DNA of 64,000 nucleotides from an uncultured delta proteobacterium (GTDB lineage: Bacteria > Myxococcota_A > Polyangia > Polyangiales > JAFGIB01). Location: assembly GCA_963778655.1 (NCBI GenBank), contig CAVZVA010000009.1:704001-768000 (forward strand). Reading direction: 5' to 3'. The notes under the pieces were generated by a model. The model saw only the letters and a program-made list of their open reading frames with translations. It made no database searches and was not told the DNA's origin. The translations under genes were made by a program, and so were the position numbers. Shown here in pieces: positions 55,379 to 64,000 of this stretch. Positions within the stretch are counted from its first letter, which is position 1, and every line of letters begins with the position of its first letter.

Positions 55379-56305
55379 TCAGGGCTCGCCCGCGACGCCG
55401 ATCACGCGCAGCATGCACGCGCCCGCGCGCAGCTCGCGCTCGGGCGTGGCCAGCGCCTGCTTCACGTAACCCAGGGCCAGCACGCCGCCGTGCTCTGGAT
55501 CGTGCGCGACGCTGGTGAGCACGCCGACCGCGTGACCCTCGGCGTCGTGCAGCTCGGCGCCGGCCTGCGCCTCGGCACCCGCCGGCGCGCGCATGCGAAC
55601 CAATCTGCGCGTCAGCCGCCCGCGGTTCTCGAGCGTGCACACGACCTCCTGCCCCAGGTAGCAGCCCTTGCTGAACGACACCGCCAGTGCCTTGAGCCCG
55701 GCTTCCTGCGGATAGTGCTGCGCGCCGAAGTCGGCGCCGAAGCGGCCGCGTCCTGCGCGCAGCCGCGCCAGCTCGAAGCCGGCCTCGTCCACCGCGCCGC
55801 CGCCGAGGGCCTGGGCCGCCGCCACCAACTCCGAGAACCGCTCGGCCAGCTCGGCCTGCGCGCACAGCAGCATGAACCCGCCGGCGCCGAGCTCGTCGCA
55901 GCGGTGCGCCTCGGGCGTCCGGCCCGCCACGACCTCGCCCGCGCGTGGTCCCTGCACCGAGATCACGCGCGCGCTCTCGTCCGGGCGCAGCTCCACGTCT
56001 TCCATGATGATCTGGTGCTCGAAGCTCTGAAGCACCTGCTCGCGCGCGGCCGCCGGCAGCAGCACCGCCAGCCGCTCGCCCCGATCGAGCACCCACAGGT
56101 CGGCGATGATCTTGCCGCGCACGCTGACCGCGAGTGCATACACCGCCTGGCCGGGCCGGGCCGCACGCACGTCGGCGGTGACCTGACCGTTGAGCCAGCT
56201 CAGGCGGTCGTCGCCCAGCACATCGACCAGCACCAGCTCGTCGCGCACGCGCACGCCCGCGCTGTGCTCGAGCGCGCGTGCCTGCTCCAGGGGTGAGAGC
56301 GCCAT
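55379..56305 (-). CDS. ygfZ: YgfZ/GcvT-family folate-binding Fe-S repair protein
   Basis: WLNGQVTAD, KGCYLGQEVV signature. Confidence 0.9.
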   Translation of the reverse strand: MALSPLEQARALEHSAGVRVRDELVLVDVLGDDRLSWLNGQVTADVRAARPGQAVYALAVSVRGKIIADLWVLDRGERLAVLLPAAAREQVLQSFEHQIIMEDVELRPDESARVISVQGPRAGEVVAGRTPEAHRCDELGAGGFMLLCAQAELAERFSELVAAAQALGGGAVDEAGFELARLRAGRGRFGADFGAQHYPQEAGLKALAVSFSKGCYLGQEVVCTLENRGRLTRRLVRMRAPAGAEAQAGAELHDAEGHAVGVLTSVAHDPEHGGVLALGYVKQALATPERELRAGACMLRVIGVAGEP

Positions 56306-56365
56306 GGCCCAATCATGTAAGGCCCGGCGCCGCAATCGCAAGGCGCGCGGCCCGGCGTTTCGCGC

Positions 56366-57187
56366 TCAGCCGTCCGCGCGCTCCAGCCGGCCGGCCAGCA
56401 ACTCGCGCAGCCCGTCGTCGGCGGCGATGCGCAGCGCGCCGCTGGGCGCCACGCCGACCAGCACGCCCTCGACCGCCTCGCAGCGCACGCGCCTGCCTCG
56501 CAGCGCGAGCCTGTGCTGCAGCGCGGCCGCCACCGGCTCGCCGCCCTGCGCCGCAAAGCGGTCGACCCAGCGCTCGACCGCGCCCAGCAGTGCCGCCAGC
56601 GCAGCGCCGCGGTCGAGCGCGCGGCCGCCGCGCGCAAGGCGCAGCGAGGTCGCGCCCGGCGCCAGCTCGTCAGGCCACCGCGTGCGGTTGACGTTGAGAC
56701 CGATGCCGATCACCAGCGGCCCCATGCGCTCGCCGCTGCTGCTGGCCTCGACCAGCACGCCCGCGCACTTCTTGCCGCCGAGCCACACGTCGTTGGGCCA
56801 CTTGACCTCCGGCGCGCGCGCGTCCGGCTCGAGCAGCTGCTGCACCGCATCGGCTACCCCCAGCCCCACCGCCAGAGTCAGCGGCGAGAGCTGCGAAAGC
56901 GGCACCTCCGGGCGCGCCACGATCGACACGTACAGATCCTGGCCGGGCGGCGAGAGCCAGCTGCGGCCACGCGAGCCGCGGCCGCTGCGCTGTGCATCCG
57001 CCACCACCACGTGGCCGTCGGGGGCGCCGGCCTCGGCGTCGCGGCGCGCGTCGTCGTTGGTGGACCCGGTGAGCGCAAGCACGCGCAGCGAGCGGCCATA
57101 GCGGCTGCTGCGCAGCAGCGCCGACAGCCGCCCCGGCTCGAGCTCGGCCGGCACGCTGTCAGACGGTTCGGTCTCCCGGGTTGCCAC
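56366..57187 (-). CDS. birA: Biotin--[acetyl-CoA-carboxylase] ligase (no HTH)
   Basis: GSTND, Q-SGRGSRGRSW, KWPND, KCAGVL, GIGLNV. Confidence 0.93.
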   Translation of the reverse strand: MATRETEPSDSVPAELEPGRLSALLRSSRYGRSLRVLALTGSTNDDARRDAEAGAPDGHVVVADAQRSGRGSRGRSWLSPPGQDLYVSIVARPEVPLSQLSPLTLAVGLGVADAVQQLLEPDARAPEVKWPNDVWLGGKKCAGVLVEASSSGERMGPLVIGIGLNVNRTRWPDELAPGATSLRLARGGRALDRGAALAALLGAVERWVDRFAAQGGEPVAAALQHRLALRGRRVRCEAVEGVLVGVAPSGALRIAADDGLRELLAGRLERADG

Positions 57188-57202
57188 CGCAAGGCCCCGC
57201 GA

Positions 57203-58048
57203 TCACGCCTGCAGCCAGTCCAGCCCGATGTCGACGGAGCCGGCCGAGTGGGTGAGGGCGCCGACGCTGATCACGTCGACTCCGGTAGCTGCGATGGTCG
57301 CCACGCGCTCCAGCGTCACCCGGCCCGAGACCTCGAGTTGCGCGCGGCCGGCTGCCATCGCCACCGCGCGCGGCAGGCTCGCGTCATCGAAGTTGTCGAG
57401 CATGATCACGTCCGCCGCCGCCGCCAGCGCCTGCTCGAGCTCGGCGAAATCGGTCACCTCGCAGGTGATCTTCGAGGTGTGGGGCGCGGCGGCGCGCGCG
57501 CGCTCGATCGCGGCTCGCACGCCGCCGCAGGCCGCGATGTGGTTGTCCTTGATCAGCACCGCAGACCCCAGGTTGTCGCGGTGGTTGCGTCCGCCGCCGC
57601 AGCGCACGGCGTGCCGCTCGAGCGCGCGCAGGCCGGGCGTGGTCTTGCGCGTGTCGGTGATGCGGGCGCGACAGCCGGGCGGCAGCGCGGCGACGAACGC
57701 GCGCGTGCGCGTCGCGACCGCGCTCATCCTTTGCACGAAGTTGAGCGCGACGCGCTCGCCCTTGAGAATCGAGGCAGCCGGGCCGGACACACGCAGCAGG
57801 CAGTCGCCGGCGCCGGCCGCGCTGCCGTCGCCGTGCTCCACGCGCAGCTCGACGCCCGGGTCGAGCTGGCGGAACACCTCACGCGCCACCTCGACCCCGC
57901 ACACCACCAGCGGCTCGCGCGCCCGCATCTCGGCCGTCCCGCGCGCGTCCGGCGCGATGCACGCGTCGGTGGTCACATCACCCCCTGCGAGGTCCTCCTC
58001 GAGCGCCAGCGCGACCACGCGTGCAATCACCATTCGGGGCACGGACAT
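57203..58048 (-). CDS. nadC: Nicotinate-nucleotide diphosphorylase (carboxylating)
   Basis: ERVALNF, DTRKTTPG, NHR, LIKDNH, IMLDN, ISVGALTHS. Confidence 0.96.
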   Translation of the reverse strand: MSVPRMVIARVVALALEEDLAGGDVTTDACIAPDARGTAEMRAREPLVVCGVEVAREVFRQLDPGVELRVEHGDGSAAGAGDCLLRVSGPAASILKGERVALNFVQRMSAVATRTRAFVAALPPGCRARITDTRKTTPGLRALERHAVRCGGGRNHRDNLGSAVLIKDNHIAACGGVRAAIERARAAAPHTSKITCEVTDFAELEQALAAAADVIMLDNFDDASLPRAVAMAAGRAQLEVSGRVTLERVATIAATGVDVISVGALTHSAGSVDIGLDWLQA

Positions 58049-58097
58049 CGCCCTGACATAGCACCAAACGAACCCCCCACGCACTCCACCCCCGCCC

Positions 58098-58136
58098 CAG
58101 TCGCGATCCTGGTCGTAGTCGTGGTCGTCCTCGTAA
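58098..58136 (-). repeat. Degenerate hexamer repeat tract
   Basis: Minus strand reads tacgaggacgaccacgactacgaccaggatcgcgactg after the CPBP stop. Confidence 0.5.
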
Positions 58137-58143
58137 CCCCCCG

Positions 58144-58908
58144 TCACAACCAGCTTCGAAACAGCACCTCCGAGAACAGGTTGCACAGCGCATGGAACGC
58201 CAGTGCCGCTCCGATGCCGCCGCGCAGCTCGCGCAGCCAGCCGAACAACAGCGCTGGAAAAAACACCGCGAGCCGCGCCGGCTCCAGATCGACCGCGACG
58301 TGGATCAGCGCGAACAGCAGCGCTTGCAGCAGCCACGCCGGGGGCGAAAGCCGCGCGCCCAGCACGCGCACGCGCCGCGCGAAACACTCGCTCAGGCGCC
58401 CCTGCAGGTAGCCGCGAAACAGCGCCTCCTCCGGCAGCGCGACCAGCAGCAGCTGCGTCAGCACGAAGGACGCGGGCTGCGGCGGCAGCGAAAGCGAGAA
58501 CGCGCGCGCCGGCGCGTGCCACAGGAAGAACCCCAGCGCGAACGGCGGAAACACCACGGCCGCGAGCAGCAGCGCCACCCCCAGCTCGCGCAGCGCGGAG
58601 GGCAGCGCGCCCAGCAACGCCGCGCCCAGGTCGCGCGCGCTCGCCAGCAGGCCCGAAGGCGGCTCGGGCGGCGGCTCGAGCAAGCCGCCGAGCTGCAGCC
58701 CATAGCGCGCGAGGCCGTCGGGCTGGCGCTGCGCGAAGTGCAGCGCGGTCCACAGAAACAGCGCCGCCACCAGCAGCTGCACGTACGGCGCGAGCCACGG
58801 CAGCCGGCCGAGCGCGCTGATCAGCACCGTGGCGAGGGTCACGGCGACGAACACCCACCCCACCTCACGTTGCGCGCTGGCCGTCGTCACGCGATCCACG
58901 GCTCGCAC
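58144..58908 (-). CDS. CPBP (Abi/CAAX-type) intramembrane glutamic protease, possibly myxosortase-like
   Basis: PEEALFRGYLQ, LFALIH, FHALCN; multiple TM helices. Start uncertain. Confidence 0.85.
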   Translation of the reverse strand: MRAVDRVTTASAQREVGWVFVAVTLATVLISALGRLPWLAPYVQLLVAALFLWTALHFAQRQPDGLARYGLQLGGLLEPPPEPPSGLLASARDLGAALLGALPSALRELGVALLLAAVVFPPFALGFFLWHAPARAFSLSLPPQPASFVLTQLLLVALPEEALFRGYLQGRLSECFARRVRVLGARLSPPAWLLQALLFALIHVAVDLEPARLAVFFPALLFGWLRELRGGIGAALAFHALCNLFSEVLFRSWL

Positions 58909-58959
58909 GCGCGTCGGGGCTCGGCCTGCGCGCCGGCCCTTGCGGCCCGGCCCCTGCGC

Positions 58960-58987
58960 TTGACCCTCGGGGGTGTGAGCCTACACT
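58960..58987 (+). promoter_or_regulatory. Candidate sigma70 promoter for dnaG-rpoD
   Basis: TTGACC-N16-TACACT about 55 nt upstream of dnaG. Confidence 0.45.
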
Positions 58988-59040
58988 GCGCCAAGCGCGG
59001 CAGGGGCCGGGTGGTTCCGAGCGCGCGGTGGGCCAAGAGC

Positions 59041-60875
59041 TTGCTGCCTGACGAGGTCATCTCGGAGCTCCGAGAGCGCGTCGACATGGTGACGCTCGTG
59101 GGAGAGTACGTCCATTTGACGAAGCGCGGCAGCAACCACGTCGGGCTGTGTCCGTTTCACGCCGAGAAGACCCCGTCCTTCAACGTCAGCGCCGCCAACA
59201 AGTTCTTCCATTGCTTTGGCTGCAAGGAGTCCGGCGACGCGTTCTCCTTCGTGATGCGCATGGAGGGCGTGGGCTTCCCCCAGGCCGCGCGCCTGCTGGC
59301 GGAGCGGGTGGGGCTCGAGCTGCCCGAGCTGGAGCGCACCGAGGATGCAGCCGAGCGTCGCGCGCGCGCCCGGCGCGAGCGGCTGGTCGCGCTGATGGAA
59401 GACGCCTGCGCGTTCTACGAGCAGCAGCTGCGGGAGCATCCCCACGCGCAGCTCGCTCGCGCCGAGCTGGAGCGCCGCGGCGTCAGCGCGGAGACCGCGC
59501 GCCGCTTCCGCCTCGGCTACGCGCCGCACGCCTGGGACGCGCTCGCCGGCCATCTCGCCGGCAAGGGCCACGCGCCGGCCGAGGCCGAGGCGGTCGGGCT
59601 GATCGCCCGGCGCCGCGAGGGCAACGGCCACTACGATCGCTTTCGCGGGCGACTGATGTTTCCGGTGCGCGAGCTCAGCGGCGGCGTGCTGGCGTTCAGT
59701 GGCCGCAGCCTGGCCGCGCCCGGCGGCGAGCCGCCGCCGGCGCACGAGCCCAAGTACCTCAACAGCCCCGAGGGCCCGCTCTACAGCAAGGGTAATGTGC
59801 TCTACGGGCTGCACGAGGCGCGGGTGGAAGTGCGACGCCACGGCTGGGCGATCCTGTGCGAAGGCAACTTCGACCTGCTCGCGCTGCATCAGGCCGGCTT
59901 CGGCAACGCGCTCGCGCCGATGGGCACCGCGTTCACCGCGGCCCAGGCCAAGCTGCTGGGCCGCTTCGCCCAGCGCGTGACGCTGCTGTTCGACGGCGAC
60001 GCGGCCGGCGCCAAGGCGGTGCGCGCGGCCCACCCCTTGCTGCAGCAGCATGCTTTGCGGGGCTCGGTCGCCCAGCTTCCGCCCGGCCAGGACCCGGATT
60101 CCTATCTGCGCGGACACGGGGCCGAGGCGTTGCAGCGGCTGCTGGCCGGCGCCCAGGGCATCGTGGAGTACCTGATCGACGAGGCGGCCGCGCAAGCCGG
60201 CTCGAGCGCGGCCGAGCGCGCGGCTGCCATCGACGGGCTCGCACCTGTGCTGGAGACGGTCACCAGTGCAGTGGAAATGGAATTGTTTTACGAACGTGTG
60301 GCGCAGCGCTTCGGCTTGCCCGACATGAGCAGCGTGCGCCGCCAGCTGCGTCGCGGCCCCTCACACCCCCGCGGCTCCGAGCGCGCCGCGCCGCCAGCCA
60401 ACTCCGCGCTGGCCCAAGCCCCCGACTATGTTAGACTCCCCAGGCCGCAAGGGGAGCTTCTGGGTGTTCTGCTCGACAGGCCTTCGCTCCTCGCCAGCGA
60501 CTACGCGCGTCAACTGGAAGGCGTTTTGACCAGCCCCGAGCTCGGGGCTGTATTGAAGGCAGCGGCCGCCGCGGTTCAAGAAAGTGGGGCTCTTGATCTA
60601 TCAGCGCTATTTTCCGCTCTGAGCGAGAGCCCGGCCCTGCCCTGGCTCAAGGAGCGGCTTGCGCTGCAATTGTATAGGGACAGGGACGACGCCGAGGAAG
60701 TGTTGCAGAAGGGCATTCGCAAGCTCGCCAAGGAGAGGCTGGATCGCGAGCGTGTACAGTTGATGCGAGAGATCAGCGATGCACGGCGCAGCGGCGACGA
60801 CGAGCGGGCGATTCGGTTGACCAAGCAGCGAGATGAGCTAGGACGCAGCGCCCACGGGTTGTTGCGGCGCGAGAG

Positions 60876-60879
<4 letters not shown>
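59041..60879 (+). CDS. dnaG: DNA primase
   Basis: Zn finger CPFH...[33 protein letters not shown] and FDGD. TTG start inferred. Confidence 0.96.
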
Positions 60880-63140
<2,261 letters not shown>

Positions 63141-63317
63141 GGATCCGAGCACAAATAACCTGCTCGGTTGCGGCTCGTGGGCGGGCGCGCTCGCGGCTTT
63201 TGTCCTCGGAGAAATCCTCGAAATGCACCGAGTATTCCTGTGGTCTTTCTGCGGGCGCGCTCGCGATCGCACTCCGCCGACAAGCCAGCCCTGATCGGGT
63301 TATTTGTGCTTGGGTCC
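63141..63317. mobile_element. MITE-like element (177 bp) with TAA target duplication
   Basis: TAA-[GGATCCGAGCACAAATAACCTG ... CGGGTTATTTGTGCTTGGGTCC]-TAA; the left TAA is the rpoD stop codon. Confidence 0.78.
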
Positions 63318-63390
63318 TAAGCGCGCTTTCGGGAGTTAACCGGGAGCCGTCCTCCGTCCGCCCCCGATCACAGGAAGCCGGCGAGTCCCT

Positions 63391-63919
63391 GCCGGTGGGG
63401 CGGGGAGGGCGCGTGCCCGAGGGACGAGGCTGGCGAGGATGCGCGAGCGGAACGCGAGCCGCGCGGAGGGGTGGGGCCCCAACGGCTTAGCCGGTGGGGC
63501 GGGGAGGGCGCGTGCCCGAGGGACGAGGCTGGCGAGGATGCGCGAGCGGAACGCGAGCCGCGCGGAGGGGTGGGGCCCCAACGGCTTAGCCGGTGGGGCG
63601 GGGAGGGCGCGTGCCCGAGGGACGAGGCTGGCGAGGATGCGCGAGCGGAACGCGAGCCGCGCGGAGGGGTGGGGCCCCAACGGCTTAGCCGGTGGGGCGG
63701 GGAGGGCGCGTGCCCGAGGGACGAGGCTGGCGAGGATGCGCGAGCGGAACGCGAGCCGCGCGGAGGGGTGGGGCCCCAACGGCTTAGCCGGTGGGGCGGG
63801 GAGGGCGCGTGCCCGAGGGACGAGGCTGGCGAGGATGCGCGAGCGGAACGCGAGCCGCGCGGAGGGGTGGGGCCCCAACGGCTTAGCCGGTGGGGCGGGG
63901 AGGGCGCGTGCCCTCCCCG
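63391..63919 (+). repeat. Tandem array of about 5.3 apparently identical 99-bp units of the double-hairpin family
   Basis: CCCCAACGGCTTAGCCGGTGGGGC begins at 63477, 63576, 63675, 63774 and 63873. Confidence 0.95.
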
Positions 63920-63928
63920 ATATGAGAG

Positions 63929-64000
63929 TGGGCCCACCTGGGCTCGAACCAGGAACGACCCCGTTATGAGCGGGGGACTCTGACCAATTGAGCTATGGGC
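63929..64000 (-). tRNA. tRNA with CAU anticodon, most likely tRNA-Ile2 (5' end about 2 nt outside the window; CCA not encoded)
   Basis: Minus strand GCCCATAGCTCAATTGGTCAGAGT-CCCCG-CTCATAA-CGGGG-TCGTT-CCTGG-TTCGAGC-CCAGG-TGGGCCCA. C4-G69/C5-G68 fit TilS determinants. Confidence 0.9.

Noticed and set aside
58192..59040. N-terminal extensions from the ORF track (dnaG; likewise nadC, the acyl-CoA synthetase, the acyltransferase, the epimerase and OmpA)
   Set aside because: They overlap neighbouring genes; starts were reset to where recognisable sequence begins.
63391..63919. CRISPR array or repeat-protein CDS (ORFs 63336-63983)
   Set aside because: The units are identical. ORFs are open in several frames on both strands only because the 99-bp GC-rich unit lacks stops.
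63929..64000. Initiator or elongator tRNA-Met
   Set aside because: It lacks the initiator GGG/CCC anticodon-stem pattern, and the acceptor stem fits Ile2 better. Elongator Met is not fully excluded.

Overview
High-GC chromosomal segment that looks myxobacterial (Polyangiales-like; inferred from the Cys-rich and Gly-rich lipoproteins, kinase-HEAT fusion, RpoH-like sigma and CPBP protease). It holds about 51 CDSs. Housekeeping genes include purL, lpdA-lipB, nadC-birA-ygfZ and dnaG-rpoD, plus a CAU tRNA at the right edge. The left edge is the tail of a type ISP restriction-modification gene. Four things stand out. (1) A putative extracytoplasmic redox locus at 28.5-42.5 kb: a two-domain DsbD head-to-head with two hydrazine-synthase-alpha-like heme lipoproteins, one carrying three non-canonical CX4CH/CX6CH modules, separated by a secreted HEAT protein; a DUF4266-DUF3570-TlpA module lacking apbE lies nearby. 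(2) A family of double-hairpin non-coding repeats that occurs as single copies, as two tandem arrays (66/109-bp and 99-bp units) each directly behind a ~170-bp MITE-like element, and within chains of CTAG-delimited palindromic cassettes. (3) A kinase-HEAT fusion coupled to a degenerate HD-GYP-like gene with an apparent 1-nt frameshift. (4) A perfect 16-bp palindrome upstream of the RpoH-like sigma gene. No CRISPR array, transposase or rRNA was seen. All family assignments come from motif recognition by eye; no searches were run.
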